Below, one piece after another: positions 38,937 to 48,400 of a stretch of DNA of 64,000 nucleotides. Origin of the DNA: an uncultured bacterium. GTDB lineage: Bacteria > Planctomycetota > UBA8742 > UBA2392. The notes beneath the pieces are model-generated. The model did not search any database, was not told the DNA's origin, and was given only the letters and a program-made list of their open reading frames with translations. The first letter of the stretch is position 1, and every line of letters begins with the position of its first letter. The stretch is taken from the NCBI GenBank assembly GCA_938014885.1, contig CALLQI010000022.1, positions 121,679 through 185,678 on the forward strand. Direction: 5' to 3'. Both the position numbers and the translations under genes were made by a program.

Positions 38937-39224
38937 GTCGCCAAGGTCGATCTTGGAGAAGTAGGCATCGTCATCAGCCCTGTCACCGAAGTACAGGACG
39001 ATGATCTGCGACTTCTCAACGGCATAGTCAAAGTTGACTTTGCCGGCGCTCAGCCAGGTTACGGTGCTTACAGCACCGCGTTCAGCCTGGCCTCACGTCT
39101 TCGTCCGACCGGACGGATCGCCTGTCTGTCAGGATGCTCAGCCAAACACGTTGGAAGGCGTGGCCAGCTGGATCGCCATGGTGGCGACCATCGCAGCGGC
39201 CATCAAAAGGAAGGGCTTTTTCAT
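38406..39224 (-). pseudogene. candidate disrupted (or recoded) secreted-protein gene: signal peptide and mature domain share one frame, interrupted by three TGA codons
   Basis: MKKPFLLMAAAMVATMAIQLATPSNVFG-TGA-AS-TGA-QTGDPSGRTKT-TGA-GQAERGAVSTVTWLSAGKVNFDYAVEKSQIIVLYFGDRADDDAYFSKIDLGDMAKAELVS... Confidence 0.3.
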
Positions 39225-39479
39225 GAGTCGGTCTCCTCAGCCTCAGCGGCACCGTTAGCACTATAACGGAAAGTGGGCCCGTAGTGTTCTGTTAAAATCG
39301 ACACCGACGGGCCCAACACTTCCGTAAGTCACGTTACGGCAACTATTTCGGACCTAACGGGCCGACGCTGTCCGCCTTGTGCGGACGTACTTAGGCAGAG
39401 GGGGTGCACCCAGACCCCGCGCGGCGGCAGGGACTGCACTGGTGCTGGAAGCATGCTCTAATGATGCAAAGGAGCTGAT

Positions 39480-40562
39480 ATGGCTGGCGCCGTGATGCCA
39501 TCCCCGATCCGGGTTGAAGAAGACGAAGCCGAAAACATCGCGCGGATTCATGAGCTCAAGAAGGCCCGTGGCGACAGCCTTTTGATCCTGGCCCACCATT
39601 ACCAGCGCCTGGGCGTGCATGCCTGTGGCGACATCACCGGCGACAGCTACCACCTTTGCAAGGCCGCTGCCAATGCGGGCAAAGCCCGTGACATCGTGTT
39701 TTGTGGCGTGCGCTTCATGGTCACCAGTGCGGCCACACTCTGCCGGCCGGATCAGGTCGTGTACCACCCCGATCGCAACGCCGGCTGCCCGATGGCCGAC
39801 ATGGCCAACCTGCCGCAGGTGATGACCAGTTGGGGCGAACTGGCGGGTATCGTGGACGCCAGCAAGGTCGTGCCGGTCGTGTACATGAACAGCGATCTTG
39901 ACCTTAAGAGTTTCTGCGGCGAACGCGGGGGCATCGTCTGCACCAGCAGCAACGCTCGCAAAGTGTTCGACTGGTGTTTCGCGCGCGGCGAGAAGATCTT
40001 CTTCTTTCCCGACGAGCATCTCGGCCGCAACACCGCCAACGCCTACGGCATCCCGCGCGAGCAGATTGTGCTGTGGGACCCGAAGCTGCGCGACGGCGGC
40101 TTGACACGTCAACAGACATTGGACGCGCGCGTAATCCTGTGGAAGGGCTACTGCCACGTGCACACACGCTTCACGGTCGCGATGATCGAAAAGGCCCGTG
40201 CAGAGCACCCGGGCATCAAGGTGATCGTGCATCCAGAGTGCGAAGAAGCCACCGTGGCCGCCGCCGATTACAGCGGCAGCACCGGCTTCATCCAGGATTA
40301 CGTGATCAAAACGATGAAGCCCGGCGACAAGGTCGCCATCGGCACCGAAGTGAACATGATCCACCGGCTGAGCGTGCAGCACCCGGACCGGCTGGTGATC
40401 CCGCTGGTGCGCAGCCTGTGCCCGAACATGTTCAAGATCAGCACCGGCGACCTGCGGGCCTGCCTCGAAAACCTCGAAACATGGGAACCCGTGAGGCCGG
40501 ACCCGCGCGAGATGCACTTCGCCAAGCAAGCGCTCGACAACATGCTGGCGTGTGTGGGGTAG
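39480..40562 (+). CDS. nadA: quinolinate synthase NadA
   Basis: ILAHHYQ, DITGDSYHLCKAA, VFCGVRFMVTSA, PDRNAGCPMADM, GYCHVH motifs. Confidence 0.9.
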   Translation: MAGAVMPSPIRVEEDEAENIARIHELKKARGDSLLILAHHYQRLGVHACGDITGDSYHLCKAAANAGKARDIVFCGVRFMVTSAATLCRPDQVVYHPDRNAGCPMADMANLPQVMTSWGELAGIVDASKVVPVVYMNSDLDLKSFCGERGGIVCTSSNARKVFDWCFARGEKIFFFPDEHLGRNTANAYGIPREQIVLWDPKLRDGGLTRQQTLDARVILWKGYCHVHTRFTVAMIEKARAEHPGIKVIVHPECEEATVAAADYSGSTGFIQDYVIKTMKPGDKVAIGTEVNMIHRLSVQHPDRLVIPLVRSLCPNMFKISTGDLRACLENLETWEPVRPDPREMHFAKQALDNMLACVG

Positions 40563-40574
40563 CGGAAGGCGGGG

Positions 40575-40705
40575 CAGGACTTCAGGTCAGGACTTTGGAA
40601 CTGCGGAGATGTGGTTGCAGGTCAAGTCTCTGTTGCCAAGCTTCCTGACCTTGACCTGCAGCCTTGACCTGCAACCTTGACCCTAACCCCTGACCTGCAA
40701 CCCAG
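40575..40705. repeat. cluster of short direct and inverted repeats (CCTTGACCTGCA(G/A) units) in the nadA-trxA intergenic region
   Basis: ttgcaggtcaag (40614-40626) is the reverse complement of ccttgacctgca, which then recurs in tandem: ccttgacctgcagccttgacctgcaaccttgaccctaacccctgacctgcaaccc (40649-40703); caggtcagg also at about 40583. Confidence 0.5.
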
Positions 40706-40830
40706 CCTCTTCCCCTGCGGGGTGTGCTTCGGAATAATGCCCGCTGACCTGATGTTATGCAGGCGTAGGCGCCCGAGGGCGCGAAGAAATTGCCCTTGGG
40801 GCGGCTGATTCACTTCGACGGAGAACGACC

Positions 40831-41154
40831 ATGGCTGGACCGGATACCCTGACTGTTGGCTCAGACAACATCAACGACATCAAGAACGGCGTCAGCGTGG
40901 TTGACTTCACCGCCACCTGGTGCGGCCCCTGCAAAGTCCTTGGCCCGATCGTGGACAAGCTGGCCACCGAATTCAAAGGCAAGGTCAAGGTCGGCAAGTG
41001 CGACATTGACCAGAACCCCGAAGTCGCGGCCGAGTACGGCATCATGGGCGTGCCCACGCTGATCTTCTTCAAGAACGGCGAAATGGTTGACCAGCACGTC
41101 GGCCTGCTGCCCGAAGGCGCCCTGCGCCAGAAGCTGTCGCAGCTTGCCACCTGA
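40831..41154 (+). CDS. trxA: thioredoxin
   Basis: WCGPCK active site, 107 aa, canonical thioredoxin pattern. Confidence 0.9.
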   Translation: MAGPDTLTVGSDNINDIKNGVSVVDFTATWCGPCKVLGPIVDKLATEFKGKVKVGKCDIDQNPEVAAEYGIMGVPTLIFFKNGEMVDQHVGLLPEGALRQKLSQLAT

Positions 41155-41187
41155 TAACAAGTTGGCCCGAAGCAAACACGCCCCCGG

Positions 41188-41215
41188 GAAACCGGGGGCG
41201 TTACGTTGAATCCCC
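41188..41215. terminator. bidirectional terminator hairpin between trxA and rsmJ
   Basis: cgcccccgg-gaaa-ccgggggcg followed by ttacgttg. Confidence 0.5.
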
Positions 41216-41220
41216 AAGCC

Positions 41221-41916
41221 CTAGGCCCCAAGCCCCAGATAGACGTCGAAGCGCACGGTCTTGCCGGGGATGCTGTGGTTCACGCCCGGCAGCAGCGGCG
41301 GGGCCTTGGCATGCCGCTTCAGCACCACGCGCTCTGTCGCGTGTCGCAGCGCGGCCTGCAACAACGTGAGCTCATCTTCGTCGGGCGGCATCAGTTCGCG
41401 GAAGTACTGCATTTCCTTACGTGCCTTGGCGCTGCCGCGTTCCGGGAACATCGGGTCCAGCAGCACCACCTGCGCGCGCGCAGCAGTTGCCATGTATGCG
41501 ATCGCGTCGGCCGCAACCAGCGTGATTCGTGAGGCTGCGGGGTCGCCTTCGGCGCGTGCCAGCGCGTCGCGCAGCAGGGCCGCAATCGCCGGGTGGCGCT
41601 CAACGGCCGTGACTTGGCAGCCCAGCAGCGCCAGCGAATAGGCGTCGCGCCCCAGCCCAGCCGTTGCGTCCAGCACAGTTGGGGTGTGTGCGCGCCGCAC
41701 CCCGGCGGCACGGGCCAGCGGCAGTTTCAAACCGGCGGCACCGCGCTTGCCTTCGCCGAACGAAATCTGCAGCGGCCCCGGCGCGCCCGGGCCTGTGTCG
41801 GCCAGCTCGAGGCCGTCGCGACCGTGGCGCAGGACGAATGCAGCGTTGGGTTCGTGGGGCAGGCCTGTGCTTTGGGCAAGGCCCGGGTCAGCGGCACCGA
41901 CGGTCGCGCGCATCAT
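41221..41916 (-). CDS. rsmJ: 16S rRNA (guanine1516-N2)-methyltransferase RsmJ-like SAM-dependent methyltransferase
   Basis: VLDATAGLGRDAYSLALLGCQVTAVERHPAIAALLRDALARA, VLLDPMFPER, VVLKRHAKAPPL, GKTVRFDVY align with E. coli RsmJ motifs. Confidence 0.7.
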   Translation of the reverse strand: MMRATVGAADPGLAQSTGLPHEPNAAFVLRHGRDGLELADTGPGAPGPLQISFGEGKRGAAGLKLPLARAAGVRRAHTPTVLDATAGLGRDAYSLALLGCQVTAVERHPAIAALLRDALARAEGDPAASRITLVAADAIAYMATAARAQVVLLDPMFPERGSAKARKEMQYFRELMPPDEDELTLLQAALRHATERVVLKRHAKAPPLLPGVNHSIPGKTVRFDVYLGLGA

Positions 41917-42755
41917 CCGCCGGCGGCCTCGGCCTTGGTCGCGGCCTCATGGAACTCTTTGCGCTTGGCCTCGTCGCGAGTTGCCTGCGCCGCCTGCAGG
42001 AAGTCCTGGCGGGCGCCCGTAAAGTCCCCCAGCTGCTGACGGGCGTAGCCGCGCCAGCCGTGCACATCCAGGTCGGTGTAGCCTTCGTTGATGATCGTGG
42101 TCAGTGTCGCCTCAGCAGTCGAGTACTCCTTCAACCAGTACTGCGACTGGCCCAACCAGCACATTGCCTCGTGCCGCTTCACACCACTGAGCACGTCCGA
42201 AGCGAGCTGAAACGAAGCCTGCGCGGCCGCGTAATCCTTCATCCGGAACTCGACCCAGCCTTGCAGCATGGCGGCCTCACCGTGGCCGGGGCGCAGCACC
42301 AGCGAATCGCGGATGTGCTCAAGTGCCAGTTTGTCTTCCTTGATGCGGTAGGCCTCAACGGCCATGCTGTGGCTGCACTCGGCGGCGAGGTTGCGCAGGC
42401 GTGGCCGTTCGTCGGGCGTGGCGTGGCGTGCCGCCAGCAGATAGTGCTCGCGCGCTTCGGAGAAGCGCCGCAACTTCTGGCATGCGGCCGCAAATTGCTC
42501 ATGCCAGGCGGGGTTGCCGGGCGCAAGTTCCACCACCTCGGCCAGCAGTTCAGCGGCCTTGACCGTGCCGCCGCTTCGCATTTCTTCTGCCGCCTGCTTC
42601 TGCAACTCAGCGGCGCGGGCGCGGGCCTCGGCATCGTCCAGCTTGCGCGGCGCGGGGGCCGGTGCCGGAGGGTTGGCCGGGACGTTATTCGACGCGGGCG
42701 AACAGGCGCCCAGCATGATCGCGGCAAACAGGCACAGGCTAAGGGTCAGTTTCAT
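41913..42755 (-). CDS. TPR-repeat lipoprotein
   Basis: Signal peptide with lipobox LGAC; TPR-like helical repeats; ATGA overlap with rsmJ. Confidence 0.65.
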   Translation of the reverse strand: MKLTLSLCLFAAIMLGACSPASNNVPANPPAPAPAPRKLDDAEARARAAELQKQAAEEMRSGGTVKAAELLAEVVELAPGNPAWHEQFAAACQKLRRFSEAREHYLLAARHATPDERPRLRNLAAECSHSMAVEAYRIKEDKLALEHIRDSLVLRPGHGEAAMLQGWVEFRMKDYAAAQASFQLASDVLSGVKRHEAMCWLGQSQYWLKEYSTAEATLTTIINEGYTDLDVHGWRGYARQQLGDFTGARQDFLQAAQATRDEAKRKEFHEAATKAEAAGG

Positions 42756-42758
42756 AGG

Positions 42759-44030
42759 TCAGGCCAGTCTAAGCTCATGGGCGCGGCGGGCCAGTGCCTC
42801 TCGGTGATCGGGGTGCGCAATCGCGATCAGGGCATGCGCGCGCTCGCGCGTGGTGCGGGCGTACAGGTCGGCCACACCGTACTCGGTGGCCACGAAGTGC
42901 ACATCACCGCGGCTGGTCACGACCCCGGCGCCTTCGGCCAAGGTAGGCACGATGCGACTGATGCCGCCGCGCGCTGTGCTGGGCAGCGCGATGATCGGTT
43001 TGCCGCCGCGGCTGCGGCTGGCACCCCGAATGAAGTCAACCTGGCCGCCAATGCCCGAGTACGCCCGCGTGCCGAACGAATCCGCGTTCACTTGACCGGT
43101 CAAGTCCACCTGGATCGCGCTGTTGACGGCGACCATGCGATCGTTGCGGCTGATGTTGAACGGGTCATTCACGAACTCATTGCCGTAGAACTCGACGAAC
43201 GGGTTGTCATCGACGAACTCGTACAGCGCACGTGTGCCCATGGCGAAACTGCAGATCGCCTTGCCCGGGTGGTAATTCTTGCGCGAGCAGTCAATCGCGC
43301 CGCTTTGAACCAGCGCCACAATCCCGTCGCTGAGCATCTCTGTGTGCACGCCCAGGCGCGTGTGCGTTGCCAGCGCCTTCAGTACCGCGTTGGGCACGGT
43401 GCCGATGCCCAGTTGCAGGCAGTCACCGTCGTCGATCAGCCCGGCGACATAGCGCCCGATGGCGTCGCTGACTTCGTCGGTGGGCTCCGGGCGCAACTCT
43501 GGCAGGGGCGTGTCTACATCGACCATCGCGTGAAGGCTGCTGACGTGAATGATCGTGTTGCCCCAGGTCCGTGGCATGCGCGGGTTGATCTCGGCGATGA
43601 CGTATCGCGCGCCGCGAATTGCCGCCATCACGACGTCGGCGCTGACACCGACGCTGCACCAGCCGTGCTTGTCAGGCGGTGAAAGCTGTACCAGCGCTAC
43701 GTCAGGCCGCAGGCGGGTCTCGAGCACGGCGGGAATCTCGCCCAGGAAGATCGGCATGAAGTCCGCGCGGCCGTCCTGCACCGCCTGGCGCACGTTGTGG
43801 CCGATGAAGAATGCGGTGTGCCGGAAGTTATCGGCGTACTCGGGCGCGACGTAGGGCGCTTCGCCCAAAGTCAGGATGTGAAACACCTGCACCCCGCGCA
43901 ACTCAGGCGCGCGGTCGGTCATAGCGCGCACCAGCGTCGAGGGCTCGGCCGCACCGCTGCCGATGAAGACGCGCTGTCCGCTGGCGATGATCGAGACTGC
44001 TTCGTGCGGGGTGAGGGTTCGTGGCGCCAT
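42759..44030 (-). CDS. acetyl-CoA hydrolase/transferase family protein (4-hydroxybutyrate/succinyl-CoA:acetate CoA-transferase-like)
   Basis: Family signature SGIGGQVDFIRGA and overall domain pattern; start placed at the internal Met (MAPRTLTPHEAV). Confidence 0.75.
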   Translation of the reverse strand: MAPRTLTPHEAVSIIASGQRVFIGSGAAEPSTLVRAMTDRAPELRGVQVFHILTLGEAPYVAPEYADNFRHTAFFIGHNVRQAVQDGRADFMPIFLGEIPAVLETRLRPDVALVQLSPPDKHGWCSVGVSADVVMAAIRGARYVIAEINPRMPRTWGNTIIHVSSLHAMVDVDTPLPELRPEPTDEVSDAIGRYVAGLIDDGDCLQLGIGTVPNAVLKALATHTRLGVHTEMLSDGIVALVQSGAIDCSRKNYHPGKAICSFAMGTRALYEFVDDNPFVEFYGNEFVNDPFNISRNDRMVAVNSAIQVDLTGQVNADSFGTRAYSGIGGQVDFIRGASRSRGGKPIIALPSTARGGISRIVPTLAEGAGVVTSRGDVHFVATEYGVADLYARTTRERAHALIAIAHPDHREALARRAHELRLA

Positions 44031-44246
44031 GGGTGCCAAGGATAGTGCAAGTCGTAACCCTGTCACATGTTTAGTTACCACGCAAAGTTACCGCTTGGCG
44101 ACGAAGGCACGGTGCAGAGGCCCGAATGGCCTTGGCACGACCGTTGCTTTAGTCGTGTGCACGAGACTCGAGAGGACAGTCGCCCCTACGACTGCGAGCC
44201 CCGTGAAAGCCCCTGGAAGCAGGTGCGGCACAAACGGAGGAGTACC

Positions 44247-46247
44247 ATGCAATCACGGAAGTGGAACGTAGGCGCATTGTCGCGCTGGCGGGCGGGCCTG
44301 ATTCCCGCGGTACTATGCGCGGCGGCCCTTGGCGGCTGCGGTGGCGAGGCCGGGCTGTACTCGTCGGCGCTCGCTGATGACAACACGATCAACCCGCCTG
44401 TGGACACGCCCGACGCCAACTGGGCAGCCTACGGCGATGCGGCCGTTACCTCGCAGATGTCGATTCTTGAGGTGTCGGCCAAGGACCCGTTCAACGGCAG
44501 GCTCAACACCGGCCCGCTGGGCGGCGGAACAATCAACCTTGGCTACCAGTACACGACGCCGTCTGACTTGCCAATCGAGTTCACGATCACGGCGCGCAGC
44601 CCCGGCAACGAAGGCGCGGTGTCGATCACCCTTGTGCACGCGATGGCGGGCGGTTCGATGCCGAATGGAGGCATCGAAACGATCTTCATGGAAGGGCTGG
44701 ACGTGGAAGCACCGGCACTTGAGCTGATACCTGGTGGCGCGCTGGTGACCGGCGACGGCCTCGCACGGGTCGCGATTCGCGGCACCGTCTGGCGCCAGAA
44801 CGACTTCCTGTTCCGATGCGAAAGCAGCGCGGGCGTGGACATCATCGCGTTTCGCGTGGCGCTGGGCTCCATCAGCGACATTAACCTGGGTGTGATGAGC
44901 ACATCGACCATCCCGCTGAAGTCCGAAACGCTGGTCTATAGCAGCAACGAGCAGGGTTTCGGACTGCCCGCGATTGGCGTCTCGGGTGATCGCTACAGCC
45001 TTGTCGCCTATGAAGGAAGCTACGCCGCGCGCAGCCGCCGCTGGCTGCAACTGGATGCGCAAACTGGTGCAGTCACAGGCGGCTTGAACCTGTACGCCGG
45101 CAACGACGTCGGTGGCTGGCGCGACCAGGAAATCGCGGCCAAAGACAACGTGCTGGCCGTGTCGCACACCGGCAACGCTGCCGTGCAGCTCGAGATCAGC
45201 CTGGACCGCGGGGCCAGCTTTGGCGTCACGCAGACCCTGGCCGAAAGCGCCATCAACGTGACGGGACAACGCCTGGTACAGGTGGCAATCTCGCCCAGCT
45301 ATCGCATCGCGGTGGCCTATTGGCGCACCACGACCGACTGGAGCAACCCCTGGAACATGCAGCACGAGACGCACCTGGTCTTGTCCGAGCACGTGCCGCT
45401 GGGCTTTGACAGCAACGGCACGCCCACGGGTTACACCGCCGGCACCCAGAACGTGATTCTGGCGCGCAATGAGTGGGTGACACCCTTCATTATGGGCCTT
45501 GAGTACTCGGTGGCCGATGACCTGGTGCTGGGTTATGCCTACAGCACCTTCAGTGCGGCCGGCAACTTCACAGAATTCCGCTGCGCCACGCGCCTTGGCA
45601 CCGGCGGCAGCTTTACGCACACCCTGGTGGATTCCGAACTGGACATGTGGCCGGAAGACCCCAGCGTTGCGCTGCTGGGCAGCGGGCCCACTATGCGGAT
45701 CCTGTATGTGTACGAGCGCGCCGACGGTATCCATATGCACCAGAGCCAGGACGGCGGTCAAAGCTTCAGCTGGGTGACGCGGGTTGGCGGCCCAGGGGCG
45801 TACCTGCCCAGCGTGCACGCCCGCGTGCAGAACGGCCAGACCCGCGTCGATGTGTTGTGGCTGCAGCCCTACGCAGGTGGCGTGGGCGCTCACCTGTGCA
45901 TCGCCCAGTGGACGGACTTCCCCAACATTCCGATCTCCACACAGGGCCAGTTGTACGTGGCCCATGAGCTGGCCATCGGCACCCGCCCGTTCAACTTGCC
46001 GGCGAGAACGGTCAATTCCGTGGCTTGGATGGGCTATGACTCGGTAACCGTCGGCGACGACGTGGCCGTGGTGGTGCACGTGCACACGATTGACGTGTAC
46101 GCCCCCTGGGGCGGCCCGACCACCGGCGGCTTCATGGGTGCACCCGCACCGCAGGCGCCTCCGGTGCTGTTGCCCGGAATGACGGGCCCGGTACCGCCCG
46201 CCAACACCAATGATGTGCACAAGCTGCACGTCATGATCGTGGACTGA
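44247..46247 (+). CDS. lipoprotein with Asp-box (BNR/sialidase-like) beta-propeller repeats
   Basis: GGAGG RBS before ATG; lipobox LGGCGG; Asp-box-like SLDRGASFG, SQDGGQSFS; ends VLLPGMTG. Confidence 0.65.
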   Translation: MQSRKWNVGALSRWRAGLIPAVLCAAALGGCGGEAGLYSSALADDNTINPPVDTPDANWAAYGDAAVTSQMSILEVSAKDPFNGRLNTGPLGGGTINLGYQYTTPSDLPIEFTITARSPGNEGAVSITLVHAMAGGSMPNGGIETIFMEGLDVEAPALELIPGGALVTGDGLARVAIRGTVWRQNDFLFRCESSAGVDIIAFRVALGSISDINLGVMSTSTIPLKSETLVYSSNEQGFGLPAIGVSGDRYSLVAYEGSYAARSRRWLQLDAQTGAVTGGLNLYAGNDVGGWRDQEIAAKDNVLAVSHTGNAAVQLEISLDRGASFGVTQTLAESAINVTGQRLVQVAISPSYRIAVAYWRTTTDWSNPWNMQHETHLVLSEHVPLGFDSNGTPTGYTAGTQNVILARNEWVTPFIMGLEYSVADDLVLGYAYSTFSAAGNFTEFRCATRLGTGGSFTHTLVDSELDMWPEDPSVALLGSGPTMRILYVYERADGIHMHQSQDGGQSFSWVTRVGGPGAYLPSVHARVQNGQTRVDVLWLQPYAGGVGAHLCIAQWTDFPNIPISTQGQLYVAHELAIGTRPFNLPARTVNSVAWMGYDSVTVGDDVAVVVHVHTIDVYAPWGGPTTGGFMGAPAPQAPPVLLPGMTGPVPPANTNDVHKLHVMIVD

Positions 46248-46267
46248 AGCACTGTACCCCAAACAAC

Positions 46268-46320
46268 TTGAGGCGACGTCGGCACAACACGCCGGTGTCG
46301 CCTCAAAGTTGCTTTGGAGG
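46268..46320 (+). terminator. candidate terminator hairpin after the first propeller lipoprotein gene
   Basis: ttgaggcgac-gtcggcacaacacgccggt-gtcgcctcaa followed by agttgctttgg. Confidence 0.35.
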
Positions 46321-46408
46321 AGCCTTGGCCGCGTGCTATGCTTTGGGGGCGTAGAAATCCTGCAAAACAGCCGGTCTGAACAAGGTAAGTCCTGTCGAAG
46401 GGGTTGCC

Positions 46409-48400
46409 ATGAAACGCGTGATACCGGCTTTGATCGCCTGTGCGTTGATTGCCTCGTGCGGGATTGAGTTTCCTGAGCTGACCACGCCGCAGCCTCAGCC
46501 CTGGCCGGGACCGTGGCCGGGCCAGACACCGACGACAACCGAAGTAACACTGGCTGCCGGCCTGACTGAGCTGCAGCCCGAGGCCATCGACACCATCAGC
46601 GCCACCGTGAACTTGTCGCGATTCGGCATCACCAGCTTTGATCGTGTCTATGACCTCGAAACGCCGGCCGGTGAGGACTTCATGTTCAGCGCCGTCGGCC
46701 GCGGTGCCGGCAACTTCGGCCTGACGCAGGTTTCGCTCGGCCACGTCGCCGACGGCGGCAACGTACCGCTTACCGGCATCGAAAGCATCGCCGCGGCCGG
46801 TATGACGCTTGAGGCCACGGGCATCAACAGCAACGGCAACCTGGCACAGGTCAACGGCGATGGCTTCGCTCGCGCCACGATTCGCGGCCGCATCAGCGCT
46901 GAGCAGGTGCTGCTGCTGGAAGTTCCGCGCGCCAACGACACGCTGCACATCGGCGTGCGGGTTCGGATCGGCAACCAGAGTGCCATCAACCTCGGCAGCG
47001 CGCTGCCGGGCGGGCTGCGGCCCGGCATCACGCGCACGCCGGTGTTCTCAAGCGACGCGTGGCAGTTCGGCCTGCCTTCGATTGCGGTTTCGGGCGACCG
47101 GTACAGTCTGGTCAGCTACGACGGCAACAGCAGCACCAGCAGCTACACCGATCGCCAGCGGCGCTGGTTGCAATATGACGCGCAGCTGGGCAGTGTGACG
47201 GGCGGCAGCGCCTCGTCCATGACGCAGGATTCAGGCAACTGGCGAGATCAGGAGATCACGGCGCTGGGCAACGTGCTGGCTGTGGCCTGCGTTGCGGGCG
47301 GTGAGTTGCGCGCCGAGATCAGCCTGGATCGCGGCGCCAGCTTCGGGCTGACACGTGTGCTGGACCCCTATGCCTGGAGTGGTCAACGCCTGGTGCAGAT
47401 CGCGATTGCTCCGGATTATCGCATCGGCGCGCTGTGGTGGCGCACGATGTACCCGTCGTCCAGCAACCCGGTATCTGAGCTGGTTTTGCTTGAGGCCACC
47501 CCCACCGGCTTCGATTCGAACAACACACCAATCGGCTATAATTGGGGTGCGCTGACAGTCCTGCACCAGCCCTTTGCCGACGTCACGCCCCTGCTGATGC
47601 ACCTTGAGTACAGCAGTGCCGGCGATCTCGCGGTTGGATATGGGTACACGCTGGTCGATTTCCTGCCAGGCACGTGGCAGATGCGCAGCAGCGCGCGCTT
47701 CCGTTGCGCGGTGCGCCTCAGCGGGCAGGCCTTTGTGGATGCCGAGCTGGACCGCGAAGACAACATCATGCCTGCAGACCCCCACGTGTGCGTACTCGGC
47801 AGCGGAAGCAGCATGGAAATCTTCTACGCCTACGAAAAGTCCAACGGCATTCACCTGCTTCACAGCACCGACGCGGGTCAAACCTTTGCGCAGGCCGCCT
47901 ACGTCCCCCACCCGGGTGCATTCCAGCCATCCGTGCACGCCCGCATGCAGGGTACGGAGAAGCGGGTAGACCTGCTGTTCGTGGCCCCGGTAGGCTTTGG
48001 CGCAGAGGTACAGTGCGTGCACTGGCAGGACTTCGGCGTCTCGACGCCCGCTGTCTCACGCATCACGGAGTGCGTGGCCGTCGTCGGCGGCTCACCTTCC
48101 GGCATGCCACCGGGCTACGATGTCACTTCGGTAGCCTGGTTCGGGTATGACTCGGTGATCAAGGGCGACGACGTGGCCGTGGTGGTGCACGAAGTAACCT
48201 TCAACACCTACGAGTACTCGACGATGTGGGGCTGGACCTGGTGGACGCCCGCGGTCGGAGTAGCCGCCGGCGCGTCTGGTGGTTCGGGCGGTTCTTCGGC
48301 ACCGCCTCCGCCGGTCGTGCTGCTGCCCGGGATGACCGGCACGGTCGCCGCGCCCAATGCAGCGCACCGCAACCAGCTTGCGGTCATCGTGCTGGACTAA
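46409..48400 (+). CDS. lipoprotein with Asp-box beta-propeller repeats, paralog of 44247..46247
   Basis: Lipobox LIASCG; colinear shared blocks GLPSIAVSGDRYSLVSYDG, RRWLQYDAQLG, EISLDRGASFG, FRCAVRL, IFYAYEKSNGIH, STDAGQTF, PSVHARMQ, GDDVAVVVH, VLLPGMTG. Confidence 0.65.
   Translation: MKRVIPALIACALIASCGIEFPELTTPQPQPWPGPWPGQTPTTTEVTLAAGLTELQPEAIDTISATVNLSRFGITSFDRVYDLETPAGEDFMFSAVGRGAGNFGLTQVSLGHVADGGNVPLTGIESIAAAGMTLEATGINSNGNLAQVNGDGFARATIRGRISAEQVLLLEVPRANDTLHIGVRVRIGNQSAINLGSALPGGLRPGITRTPVFSSDAWQFGLPSIAVSGDRYSLVSYDGNSSTSSYTDRQRRWLQYDAQLGSVTGGSASSMTQDSGNWRDQEITALGNVLAVACVAGGELRAEISLDRGASFGLTRVLDPYAWSGQRLVQIAIAPDYRIGALWWRTMYPSSSNPVSELVLLEATPTGFDSNNTPIGYNWGALTVLHQPFADVTPLLMHLEYSSAGDLAVGYGYTLVDFLPGTWQMRSSARFRCAVRLSGQAFVDAELDREDNIMPADPHVCVLGSGSSMEIFYAYEKSNGIHLLHSTDAGQTFAQAAYVPHPGAFQPSVHARMQGTEKRVDLLFVAPVGFGAEVQCVHWQDFGVSTPAVSRITECVAVVGGSPSGMPPGYDVTSVAWFGYDSVIKGDDVAVVVHEVTFNTYEYSTMWGWTWWTPAVGVAAGASGGSGGSSAPPPPVVLLPGMTGTVAAPNAAHRNQLAVIVLD

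Noticed and set aside
39090-39137. Selenocysteine recoding as the explanation for the three in-frame TGAs.
   Set aside because: Three UGAs within 48 nt cannot each be served by a bacterial SECIS. No Cys-containing redox motif flanks them. Ordinary genes in the window terminate with TGA. Kept only as a low-probability alternative in the findings.
40575-40705. Possible CRISPR array suggested by the short tandem repeats.
   Set aside because: Repeat unit is only about 12 bp with no unique spacers of typical length. There are 4-5 irregular copies and no cas genes in the window.
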